Shown in pieces: positions 1-9,274 of a DNA stretch of 32,000 nucleotides; the first letter of the stretch is position 1, and the number at the start of each line of letters is the position of its first letter. The position numbers were made by a program, and so were the translations under genes. The notes beneath the pieces are model-generated. The model did no database searches. It was not told the origin of the DNA and saw only the letters and a list, made by a program, of their open reading frames with translations. The DNA is from Candidatus Saccharimonadota bacterium. GTDB lineage: Bacteria; Bacteroidota; Bacteroidia; Flavobacteriales; Blattabacteriaceae. The stretch spans positions 158,868-190,867 of the forward strand of contig NZ_CP093908.1 in the NCBI RefSeq assembly GCF_024818015.1, read 5' to 3'.

Positions 1-1131
1 TTTTTGTAAATTTATGATTTCAGTTAATCGACGTTTTTTTGTGGATAATGAGACATTGTCAATTAATTTTTTATAAGCATAAGTCCCTATTCTATGTGAA
101 TATAGAAACATATATGAAAAGTTATATTTTACATAATTCATTAAATGAAGGGTTTCATTATGATTATTTTGATTTTCATTACAAAATCCAGTGATTATGT
201 CACAAGATAGAGAACAATTAGGTATAATATTTCTAATTTTCTTTATAAGAAAAATGTAATCTACATATGTATGTTTTCTATTCATTAATGATAATATTCT
301 ATTACTTCCTGATTGAACTGGTAAATGAATATGTTTACATATATTAATATATTTTTTAATTACGTTTAAAACATTATCTGACATGTCATTAGGATTAGAA
401 GTCCAAAAACGTATTCTCATAAGAGGTACAGAAATAGCAACTAATTCTAGTAATTTAGAAAAATTTATGATTTCTTCATTTTTTATTTCTTTTCTTTTCA
501 AATTTTTTTTTAATCCTCCTCCATACCAGAAATATGAATCTACATTTTGACCTAAAAGTATTATTTCTTTATATCCTTTTTTAAATAAAAATTTACATTC
601 TTTTATAATACTATATGGATCACGACTTTTTTCACGACCTCTTGTAAAAGGAACTACACAAAAAGTACACATATTATCACATCCCCGTATTATAGTAACA
701 AATGCAGTTATTTTTTTTTCTTCCCTTTTAGGAATAATATCAGCATAAGTTTCAGTTTTAGAAAATGAAGTACTTATATATTCTCCTTTTTTTTTAAAAA
801 AATTATTTATTAAATTTGGAATTTCTCTATAAGAGTCAGGCCCTACTACTAAATGTTCTTTTATCTTTTTAAATTTTGAAGCCATACACCCTAATATACC
901 AATTAAAATATTATTTTTTTTTATAATAAATTTGATTTGATTTATTCGTAAAAGAATTTTCTTCTCAGATTTTTCTCGAATCGAACATGTATTAATTAAT
1001 ATTATATTAGCTTCTTTTAAATTTTCAGTTTTAATGAATCCTTTATTATCTAAAATAGAAGATACAATTTCATTATCAGAGATATTCATTTGACAACCAT
1101 AATTTTCTATATAAAATTTTTTCTTTATCAT
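1..1131 (-). CDS. miaB: tRNA methylthiotransferase MiaB (radical SAM), 5' part only; the 3' end lies beyond the left window edge
   Basis: Absent from the ORF track because it runs off the edge. My reverse-complement translation from the ATG (rc of 1129-1131) stays open for all 377 codons. It reads MIKKKFYIENYGCQMNISDNEIVSS...NTCSIREKSEK...IRGCDNMCTFCVVPFTRGREKSRD (CxxxCxxC at about 658-681)...LLGQNV...HLPVQSGSN...DIITGFC. These are the YGCQMN, radical-SAM and HLPVQSGS motifs of the MiaB family. Confidence 0.88.
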   Translation of the reverse strand, partial: MIKKKFYIENYGCQMNISDNEIVSSILDNKGFIKTENLKEANIILINTCSIREKSEKKILLRINQIKFIIKKNNILIGILGCMASKFKKIKEHLVVGPDSYREIPNLINNFFKKKGEYISTSFSKTETYADIIPKREEKKITAFVTIIRGCDNMCTFCVVPFTRGREKSRDPYSIIKECKFLFKKGYKEIILLGQNVDSYFWYGGGLKKNLKRKEIKNEEIINFSKLLELVAISVPLMRIRFWTSNPNDMSDNVLNVIKKYINICKHIHLPVQSGSNRILSLMNRKHTYVDYIFLIKKIRNIIPNCSLSCDIITGFCNENQNNHNETLHLMNYVKYNFSYMFLYSHRIGTYAYKKLIDNVSLSTKKRRLTEIINLQK

Positions 1132-1161
1132 ATGCACATAAATTAATTTCATTTATTAAAA

Positions 1162-2586
1162 ATGATAAAAAAAAAAAAGATAATATATAATTTTAATAAT
1201 TCTGATTATAAATATGGATTTTATACTAAGATAGAATCAGAAAAAATTCCAAAAGGAATCAATGAAGATATTATAACTAAAATATCTAAAAAACAAAATG
1301 AACCTTATTGGATGTTAAAAATCAGATTAAAATCATATAAAATATGGAAAAACATGATTCCTCCTAAATGGAGTAATATATCATATAAAATTCCTTATTT
1401 TAATAACATAAGTTATTATTCTGCTATAAAAAAAAATAAATTTCTTAAAAAAGAAATCGATAGTAAATTATTAGACACTTTTCAGAAATTAAATTTAAAA
1501 TTTAAAAAATCAAAGATTGCATTAGAAATAATTATGGATTCTGTTTCTGTTACTACAACTTTTAAAAAAATTTTATCAGAAAAAGGTATAATATTTTGTA
1601 CTATTAGTAAGGCAATAAAGAAATATCCTTATCTTATAAAGAAATATATGGGTCAAATAGTTCCAATAAAAGATAATTTTTATTCAGCATTAAATTCAGC
1701 TGTTTTTTCTGATGGATCTTTTTGTTATATACCCAAAAATGTACGTTGTCCTGTAGAATTATCTACATATTTTCGTATAAATGAATCAGGAATCGGTCAA
1801 TTTGAAAGAACACTTTTAATTGCTGATGAAAATTCATATGTTAGTTATCTAGAAGGATGCACTGCTCCTCAGCGAAAAGAAAATCAATTACATGCTGCGG
1901 TTGTTGAATTAATAGCCTTAGAAGGTGCAGAAATTAAATATTCTACTGTCCAAAATTGGTTTCCTGGAAATAAAAATGGAATAGGAGGAGTTTTAAATTT
2001 TGTAACTAAAAGAGGATTATGTGAAAAGAAATCTAAGATATCTTGGACTCAAATAGAAACTGGATCAGCTATAACTTGGAAATATCCCTCTTGTATTTTA
2101 AAAGGTAATAATTCAATAGGAGAATTTTATTCAGTAGCTTTTACAAAAAATTTTCAACAATCAGATACTGGCACTAAAATGATTCATATCGGAAAAAATA
2201 CTAAAAGTACTATTATTTCAAAAGGTATATCAGCTGGATATTCTAAAAATAGTTATAGAGGATTAGTTTCTATTTCTTCTAAAGCTACTAATTCGCGTAA
2301 TTTTTCACAGTGTGATTCTTTATTAATAGGTAATACATGTAGTGCTCATACTTTTCCTTTTTTAAAAGGAAAAAATAATTCATCTAAAGTTGAACATGAA
2401 GCAACAACCTCGAAAATAGGAGAAGATCAAATCTTTTATTGTAATCAACGTGGAATTAATTTAGAAAAAGCAATTTCACTTATAGTAACTGGATTTAGTC
2501 AAGAAATTTTAGATAGATTACCTATGGAATTTGCAATAGAAGCAAGAAAATTATTAGAAATAAAATTAGAAGGTTCAGTCGGATAA
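1162..2586 (+). CDS. sufB: Fe-S cluster assembly scaffold protein SufB
   Basis: 474-aa ORF with N-terminal YKYGF...KGINEDII...EPYWML and a C-terminal SufB/SufD beta-helix region (FYCNQRGI...). It is followed by sufC, sufD and sufS. The stop overlaps the sufC start (TAATG). Confidence 0.95.
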   Translation: MIKKKKIIYNFNNSDYKYGFYTKIESEKIPKGINEDIITKISKKQNEPYWMLKIRLKSYKIWKNMIPPKWSNISYKIPYFNNISYYSAIKKNKFLKKEIDSKLLDTFQKLNLKFKKSKIALEIIMDSVSVTTTFKKILSEKGIIFCTISKAIKKYPYLIKKYMGQIVPIKDNFYSALNSAVFSDGSFCYIPKNVRCPVELSTYFRINESGIGQFERTLLIADENSYVSYLEGCTAPQRKENQLHAAVVELIALEGAEIKYSTVQNWFPGNKNGIGGVLNFVTKRGLCEKKSKISWTQIETGSAITWKYPSCILKGNNSIGEFYSVAFTKNFQQSDTGTKMIHIGKNTKSTIISKGISAGYSKNSYRGLVSISSKATNSRNFSQCDSLLIGNTCSAHTFPFLKGKNNSSKVEHEATTSKIGEDQIFYCNQRGINLEKAISLIVTGFSQEILDRLPMEFAIEARKLLEIKLEGSVG

Positions 2587-3326
2587 TGTTAAAAATTAAG
2601 AATTTATATGTTTCAGTAAAAAAAAAACAAATATTAAAAGGTGTTAATCTAACAATTAATAAAGGAGAGATTCATGTAATAATGGGACCTAATGGATCTG
2701 GTAAAAGTACATTAGCTTCTATAATAGCTGGTAAAAAGGATTATACAATAAATAAAGGGAATCTTATATTTGAAAATATAAATTTAAATTTTTTTCCTCC
2801 AGAAGAAAGAGCGCATTTAGGGATTTTTCTATCTTTTCAAGATCCAATAGAAATACCCGGTATATCAATACTTAATTTTATAAGAATTTCTATAAATTCT
2901 ATAAGGAAAGCGAATGGAAAAAAAGAATTATCTTATAATGAATTTTTTAAAAAAGTAAAAATGGTATCTGATTTATTGAAAATCAATAGAACTTTTCTTT
3001 CAAGATATTTAAATGAAGGATTTTCCGGGGGGGAAAAAAAACGTAATGAAATATTTCAAATGTGTATGATTAATCCCAAATTATCTATATTAGATGAAAT
3101 TGATTCTGGCTTGGATATAGATGCTATTCGTACTATTTCTAGAGGAATTCATCAATTTAAAAAAACAAATAATTCTATATTAATAATTACTCATTATCAA
3201 AGATTGTTAAATTATATAGTTCCTGATTATGTACATATTTTCTATAAAGGGAAATTAGTTAAATCTGGCAATAAAGAATTAGCTATAAAAATTGAATCAG
3301 AAGGTTATGATTGGATAAAAAATTAA
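2586..3326 (+). CDS. sufC: Fe-S cluster assembly ATPase SufC
   Basis: 246 aa with Walker A GPNGSGKST, the ABC signature-like FSGGEKKR and Walker B LSILDEIDSGLD. Sits in the suf operon. Confidence 0.95.
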   Translation: MLKIKNLYVSVKKKQILKGVNLTINKGEIHVIMGPNGSGKSTLASIIAGKKDYTINKGNLIFENINLNFFPPEERAHLGIFLSFQDPIEIPGISILNFIRISINSIRKANGKKELSYNEFFKKVKMVSDLLKINRTFLSRYLNEGFSGGEKKRNEIFQMCMINPKLSILDEIDSGLDIDAIRTISRGIHQFKKTNNSILIITHYQRLLNYIVPDYVHIFYKGKLVKSGNKELAIKIESEGYDWIKN

Positions 3327-3330
3327 TTAA

Positions 3331-4629
3331 ATGAATTTTAACAAAAAAATTTATTCTAAATCTAGATTAGAAATTAATAATAATATTAATTATTATATAA
3401 ATCTTATTCGTACTAAATCAATCAAACTTTTAAATAAAAAGTTTTCATTAACAGATATTAAATTAATTTATTCTGAATATTTATTTCCTGTTAAAGAAGC
3501 AGAATCTATATATTATGATATAATCAATAAATATATTTTAGATAAAAATGGAATGTATTTATTTTTTATAAATGGTTTTTATCTTTTAAATTTTTTTAAA
3601 AAAAAGAAAAAATATTTATTATCAATAAATGATATTATCACCAATAATAAAAATTATTGTTATTCAAATATTGAAAAATTTTATGGTAAATCCATATACA
3701 ATAATGATACTTTAAATTTATTTAATTTCTTCTTTTCAAAAGATGGCGCCTACATCTTTATACCAGATAATTTTTGTTTTAAACCCAATATATATATTAT
3801 ATATATATATAATCTTAATTATGATTATTCAATCATAAATCCTAGAAATTTAATAATTATAGGAAATAATTCTAAAGCTAAAATTGTAGAAATACATGAA
3901 TCATTAACAAATAAAATTTGTTTTAGTAATTCAGTTACTGAAATCTATTCTAGAAAAAATAGTAATATAGATTATATTAAAATTCACAATAATTTATCTT
4001 TTTTCTATTTAAGAGATAAAACTTTTTTGACACAAAAAAAAAATAGTACTTGTAGTGTCAGTACTTTTTCATTTGAAGGAAGATTATTAATTAATAATAT
4101 TAAATTAATTAATTTAGGAAATTATTCAAAATTTAATTTAAATGGACTTACAATCATAAGAAAAAAATTATTAAATCAATTAATTTATAATAAAACATTA
4201 ATAGATCATTTATATCCTAATTGTGAAAGTTATCAAACTTATAAATCAATTTTATATGGAAGATCAAAAGTATTTTTTTGGGGTAAAATTAAAATTTCGA
4301 AAAAAGCAAATAATATAAATGCTTTACAAAAAGCTAATAATATTTTAATTAATAAAAATGCATTTGTTTATACAAAACCTGAATTAGAAATTTATACAGA
4401 TAATGTTAAATGTTCACATGGATGTACTATAGGAAAAATAGATAAAAATAAGATTTTTTATCTCTGCTCTAGAGGAGTTATAAAAACTGTCGCAAAATCA
4501 ATACTTATCTTTCTTTTTTCTAAAGAGATACTAAAAAAAATTAATATACAGAATATAAAAGATTTAATAATAAAAATTATAATAAAGAATTTGGATAATT
4601 ATTATTTACAAAAATGTTATGTTAGCTAA
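3331..4629 (+). CDS. sufD: Fe-S cluster assembly protein SufD (highly diverged)
   Basis: 432-aa ORF between sufC and sufS. The C-terminal part keeps SufB/D-like motifs (PELEIYTDNVKCSHGCTIGKIDKNKIFYLCSRG). The N-terminal half is low-complexity and A+T-driven. Confidence 0.8.
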   Translation: MNFNKKIYSKSRLEINNNINYYINLIRTKSIKLLNKKFSLTDIKLIYSEYLFPVKEAESIYYDIINKYILDKNGMYLFFINGFYLLNFFKKKKKYLLSINDIITNNKNYCYSNIEKFYGKSIYNNDTLNLFNFFFSKDGAYIFIPDNFCFKPNIYIIYIYNLNYDYSIINPRNLIIIGNNSKAKIVEIHESLTNKICFSNSVTEIYSRKNSNIDYIKIHNNLSFFYLRDKTFLTQKKNSTCSVSTFSFEGRLLINNIKLINLGNYSKFNLNGLTIIRKKLLNQLIYNKTLIDHLYPNCESYQTYKSILYGRSKVFFWGKIKISKKANNINALQKANNILINKNAFVYTKPELEIYTDNVKCSHGCTIGKIDKNKIFYLCSRGVIKTVAKSILIFLFSKEILKKINIQNIKDLIIKIIIKNLDNYYLQKCYVS

Positions 4630-5860
4630 AATAGAGATAAAAAATCTAAGGAAAAAATTTGCTATTTTTAATTCTCTTCTTAAAAAAAAGAAATTAGTTT
4701 ATTTAGATAATGCAGCCACTACTCAAAAACCTAATAAAGTAATAAATTCAATAAAAGAATATTATTCAAATATAAATTCTAATGTTCATAGAGGAGCTTA
4801 TTATTTAAGTAATAAAGCTACTGAAAAATTGGAATATAGTAGAGTCAAAATTCAAAATTTGATAAATGCTAAATATTCACATGAAATTATTTTTACAAGT
4901 GGGGCAACAGAAAGTATTAATTTAATAGCTAATAGTATTTCTTCTTTAATAAAACAAAAAGATGAAATTCTAATTCCATATTCTGAACATCATTCTAATA
5001 TAATCCCATGGCAAATTCTTTGTAAGAAAAAAAAAGCATTATTAAAAATAATCCCCATAGATTATAATGGAAATCTAAAATTAGATTATTTTAAATCTAT
5101 TATTTCAAATAAAACGAAATTAATCTCTTTAAGTCATGTATCTAATGCGTTAGGAGTTATTAACCCAATTAATGATATTATTGATGAAGCTAAAAAATAT
5201 AATACGTTAGTATTAATAGATGGTTCACAAGCTATATCTCATATTCCAATAAATATACAAAAAATTAATCCTGATTTTTATGTATTTTCAATACATAAAA
5301 TGTATGGCTCTACTGGAATAGGAGTTCTTTATGGAAAAGAGTATATTTTAAATCTAATACCACCATATAAATATGGTGGTGAAATGATAGATAAAGTTTC
5401 ATTTGAAGAAACAACATATTCAAATTTACCATTTAAATTTGAAGCTGGAACTAAAAATATAGGAGGAATTATATCTACAATTGATGCAATAGCATTTATA
5501 GAAAAATATAATATTAAAAATATTAAAACTTATGAAGAGAAAATTATGAATTATGCAATAAAGTTATTTACTTCTATAAAAGGAATTAAAATTTATGGAG
5601 AAGAAAAAAACCGTTCTAGTATTATATCATTTAATATAAAAAAAATACATCCATTTGATGTAGGGAAAATATTAGATAATTTTGGTGTAGCAGTAAGAAC
5701 TGGAAATCATTGTGCACAACCTATAATGGATTTTTTTTCTATTCCTGGAACTATAAGAATAAGTTTCGCTATATATAATACATTTGAGGAAATAGATTAT
5801 TTATATAAAATAATAAGAAAAATAATAAAGTTAATTGATGGGGAATACGTTAAATTTTAA
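4619..5860 (+). CDS. sufS: cysteine desulfurase SufS (class II, PLP-dependent)
   Basis: 413 aa: LDNAATTQKP, the PLP-lysine motif FSIHKMYGSTGIGVLYG, and the catalytic-cysteine motif RTGNHCAQP. Overlaps sufD by 11 nt. Confidence 0.93.
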   Translation: MLAKIEIKNLRKKFAIFNSLLKKKKLVYLDNAATTQKPNKVINSIKEYYSNINSNVHRGAYYLSNKATEKLEYSRVKIQNLINAKYSHEIIFTSGATESINLIANSISSLIKQKDEILIPYSEHHSNIIPWQILCKKKKALLKIIPIDYNGNLKLDYFKSIISNKTKLISLSHVSNALGVINPINDIIDEAKKYNTLVLIDGSQAISHIPINIQKINPDFYVFSIHKMYGSTGIGVLYGKEYILNLIPPYKYGGEMIDKVSFEETTYSNLPFKFEAGTKNIGGIISTIDAIAFIEKYNIKNIKTYEEKIMNYAIKLFTSIKGIKIYGEEKNRSSIISFNIKKIHPFDVGKILDNFGVAVRTGNHCAQPIMDFFSIPGTIRISFAIYNTFEEIDYLYKIIRKIIKLIDGEYVKF

Positions 5861-5895
5861 TATTATATTGAAATAGAAATATCAACATTATGAAT

Positions 5896-5909
5896 AAAAA
5901 AAAAAAAAA
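5896..5909 (+). repeat. A14 homopolymer separating an upstream ATG (5890) from the infB reading frame
   Basis: Counted directly: ATG AAT at 5890-5895, then 14 A (5896-5909), then G at 5910. See the findings. Confidence 0.9.
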
Positions 5910-5957
5910 GTTTTAGAAGAAAAAGATCTTAAACCAAGATGTCCTGTTGTTACTATA

Positions 5958-7388
5958 ATGGGGCACGTAGATCATGGAAAAACCTCTTTATTAGATTATA
6001 TAAGAAAAACTAATGTTATAGCTGGAGAATGTGGAGGGATTACACAACATATTGGAGCATATAATGTTAAATTTAAAAAAGGGAATAGTATTACTTTTTT
6101 AGATACCCCTGGTCATGAAGCATTTACTTCCATGAGAGCTAGAGGAACTAAAATAACAGATATAGTAGTTGTAGTAATAGCTACAGATGATGATGTAATG
6201 CCTCAAACTAAAGAAGCTATTAGCCATGCACAATTAGCTGGTGTCCCTATAATATTTGCATTAAATAAAATTGATAAAATTAATTCAAACCCGGATAAAA
6301 TACGAAGACAATTATCTGATATGAATTTGTTATTAGAAGAATGGGGAGGAAAATATAAATCTCAAGAGATATCTGCTAAACTTGGAAAAGGAATAGAGAA
6401 ATTATTAGAAAAAATTTTATTAGAAGCAGAAATTTTAAATTTAAAAGCGAATACTAATAAACCTGCAGCGGGAACAGTAATAGAAGCTTTTTTAGATAAA
6501 GGGCGAGGGTATTGTACAACAATCCTTATCCAAGAAGGAACATTAAAGTTAGGAGATTATGTAGTAGCGGGTACTTTTCATGGAAAAATAAAAGTTATTT
6601 TAGATGATATAGGAAATAATATTAAAAAAGTATTACCATCAAAACCAGGCAAAATTTTAGGATTAAATGGAGCTCCGACTTCTGGTGAAAGATTTCAAGT
6701 TTTTAAAAATGAAAAAGAAGCTAAACAATTAGCTTCAATAAGGAGTAATTTAAAAAAAGAACAGAATCTACGTTCTCGTATTACATTAGAGGGAAGAGGA
6801 GATTTTAAAGAATTAAAATTAATAATTAAAGGAGATATGGATGGATCGGTAGAAGCTATAACAGATTCATTAGAAAAATTATCGACAGATAGTAGAATAA
6901 TTAATATTATATATAAAAACATTGGTCTGATAACAGAATCTGATGTTTTATTAGCAAAAGCGTCTAATGCAATTATTGTTGGGTTTAATGTTAAATGCAC
7001 ATTAAAGGCTAAAATGATTGCCACTAAAAATAACTTAGAAATAAGATTATATCATATAATATATGATATAATCAATGACTTTAAAAAATCATTATATGGA
7101 ATAAAGGGGAAAACAGTTACTGTAATAGGAAATGCTGAAATAATAAATTTCTTTAAAAGAAAGCAAATAGGAACTATTGCCGGATGTTTAATTAGAAATG
7201 GAAAAATAATACGTAATTCTAAGATACGTTTAATTAGAGACGGAGTAGTTATTTATACTGGCGAGTTAAATTCTTTAAAAAGATTTCAAGATGATGTAAA
7301 AGAAGTAAATAAAGGATATGAATGTGGAATAATTATTAAAGATTATAATGATTTTAAAATTGGAGATATAATTGAATGTTATCTTTAA
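5958..7388 (+). CDS. infB: translation initiation factor IF-2, minimal G-domain to C2 core. The coordinates are the ATG-bounded ORF; the true start is probably upstream.
   Basis: 476-aa ORF starting [16 protein letters not shown], then DTPGHEAF and NKID. The in-frame codons just upstream (5898-5957) encode [20 protein letters not shown]. That continues the conserved IF2 motif ([15 protein letters not shown]) but contains no canonical start codon. Confidence 0.9.
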   Translation: [476 protein letters not shown]

Positions 7389-8449
7389 ATCTTATTTATA
7401 ATTTGATTTTGTATATTTATTGATTCTTTATGAATTTCTTGAAAGATATTTTCTAGAAATTTTTCTGATAAACATAATTTCTGTCCTAAGGTTTGATATT
7501 CTTCTATTAAAGATTTCCATCTTTTAGGTTGAAAAACTAATAAATTGTTTATTTTTTTTATTATTGCTACTTTTTCAGATGATTCCATTCTCTCAGATAA
7601 TAAATATATTAAATTTTGATCTAATTCAGATATAAGAACTCTTATATGTTCTAATTCCATTTCAGTTTTAGAATTTGTTTTTTTAAAAAAATCGTTTTTT
7701 AAAAATTCTACAAATTGTTCCGGTCTTATTTGTTGTTGAGAATCACTTAATGCTTTATCAGGATTACAATGTGTTTCTACTATTAATCCTTCATATTTAA
7801 AACTCATTGCTTGTTTAATTACTTCAAATAAACATTCTCTATTTCCACTAATATGGGATGGATCACATAACATAGGTATATTTGGATATAATTTTTTAAA
7901 TTTTAATGCTAATCCCCAATTAGGAGTATTACGATATTTTCTACTTTTATAAGTAGAAAAACCACGATGTATAACTCCTATCTTTTTAATTCCTTGATTC
8001 ATTAATCTTTCTAAAGCTCCAATCCATAAATCAAGATCAGGATTGATAGGATTTTTAACTAAAATTATTTTAGTTGTATTTTTTAATGCTTCTGATATTT
8101 CTTGTACAGTAAATGGATTAACTGTACTTCTAGCTCCTATCCAGATTATATCTATATCATATTTTAATGCTAGTTCTACATGAGTCGAATTAGCAACTTC
8201 TGTTGCTGTTAAAAAACCTGTTTCTTTTTTTACTTTATTTAGCCATTTTAAGCCAATCTGGCCTATACCTTCAAAACAATTTGGTCTAGTTCTTGGTTTC
8301 CATATTCCTGCTCTAAAAACTTGTATATAATTTTTATCTAATTTTTTAGCTGTTTCTAGTACTTGATTTTCAGTTTCTGCACTACATGGACCTGATATAA
8401 TCAGAGGCTTCTTAAAGCTATTTATCCAATTTTGTTCTATATTTTTCAT
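7385..8449 (-). CDS. aroG: bifunctional 3-deoxy-7-phosphoheptulonate (DAHP) synthase / chorismate mutase
   Basis: 354 aa. The N-terminal ~260 aa resemble KDO8P-synthase-like (type I-beta) DAHP synthase (ISGPCSAE, FRAGIWKPRT, DPSH). The C-terminal ~90 aa form an AroQ-type chorismate mutase helix bundle (IRVLISELDQNLIYLLSERM...). It lies immediately downstream of pheA. Confidence 0.88.
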   Translation of the reverse strand: MKNIEQNWINSFKKPLIISGPCSAETENQVLETAKKLDKNYIQVFRAGIWKPRTRPNCFEGIGQIGLKWLNKVKKETGFLTATEVANSTHVELALKYDIDIIWIGARSTVNPFTVQEISEALKNTTKIILVKNPINPDLDLWIGALERLMNQGIKKIGVIHRGFSTYKSRKYRNTPNWGLALKFKKLYPNIPMLCDPSHISGNRECLFEVIKQAMSFKYEGLIVETHCNPDKALSDSQQQIRPEQFVEFLKNDFFKKTNSKTEMELEHIRVLISELDQNLIYLLSERMESSEKVAIIKKINNLLVFQPKRWKSLIEEYQTLGQKLCLSEKFLENIFQEIHKESINIQNQIINKI

Positions 8450-9271
8450 TTAATATTCTCCTATTACGTAAAAATAATTATTTATTTTATTTATTTCTTT
8501 TTTCATAAAAAAATAATTCTTCTTTTTAAGAAATTTTATATCTATAAAAAATAGATATTCCCATGGTTTTTTTTTAATTGGAAAAGTTTGAATACTTGTA
8601 ATATTTATATCATAATATGATATTATGTTTAATATTTTAGATAATTCTCCTATTAGATTTTTTAATCTAAAATAGAAAGACGCTTTCTCAAAAAGAGAAA
8701 TTTTTTTATATTTCTGATTATTATTTATAATAATAAACCTTGTAAAATTGTTATTAACAGTTTGTATATTTTTATCTACAATTTTTAAATTATACGCCGT
8801 AGCAGCTTCTTCAGAAGCTATAGCTCCTATATAATAATTTTTATTTTTAAATATAAAATAAGCGGCTTCTGCTGTATCTACCGATTCAGATATTTTTATA
8901 TTTCTATATTTAGAAATATAATTTTTACATTGTAATATAGCCATAGGATGGGATATGATTTTTTTAATATTTTTAATATTACTATTTTTAGTTTTTAGAA
9001 TTAAAAAATTATGATTAATAGGTAAATATATTTCTCTACTTATTTTAAGATTATATAATTTTATTAAAAAAAAATTATATATTAACACACCTGCAATAGA
9101 ATTTTCTATTGCTAGTACTCCTATATCTGCTGTAAATTTTGAAACAAAATGTGTTAATTCATTAAATGTTTTACATTCGATAAGATCATAATCTATTTTA
9201 GAGAAAAGTTTTTTAGTAGCAATTTCATGGAAACAACCTTTTATACCTTGAATCGCAATTTTTTTTTTCAT
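8450..9271 (-). CDS. pheA: prephenate dehydratase
   Basis: 273 aa: N-terminal IAIQGIKGCFHE, a periplasmic-binding-like PDT domain, and a C-terminal ACT-like region (FRLKNLIGELSKILNIISYYDINITSIQTFP). Zero-nt spacer to the DAHPS/CM gene. Confidence 0.85.
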   Translation of the reverse strand: MKKKIAIQGIKGCFHEIATKKLFSKIDYDLIECKTFNELTHFVSKFTADIGVLAIENSIAGVLIYNFFLIKLYNLKISREIYLPINHNFLILKTKNSNIKNIKKIISHPMAILQCKNYISKYRNIKISESVDTAEAAYFIFKNKNYYIGAIASEEAATAYNLKIVDKNIQTVNNNFTRFIIINNNQKYKKISLFEKASFYFRLKNLIGELSKILNIISYYDINITSIQTFPIKKKPWEYLFFIDIKFLKKKNYFFMKKEINKINNYFYVIGEY

Positions 9272-9274
9272 GTT

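Noticed and set aside
5890-5916. ATG AAT A14 G TTT TAG read as an independent 8-codon leader peptide (MNKKKKKF) upstream of infB
   Set aside because: This is possible in principle. However, the IF2-homologous sequence continues in another frame right up to the A tract and has no start codon of its own. A frameshifted infB 5' end therefore explains the data better than a separate micro-ORF. It is kept as the alternative under the infB finding.
6695-7024. 109-aa minus-strand ORF inside infB
   Set aside because: It is antisense to a strongly conserved IF2 domain. The product is low-complexity and hydrophobic with no recognisable motif. In A+T-rich DNA the reverse strand of a lysine- and asparagine-rich gene often stays open by chance.
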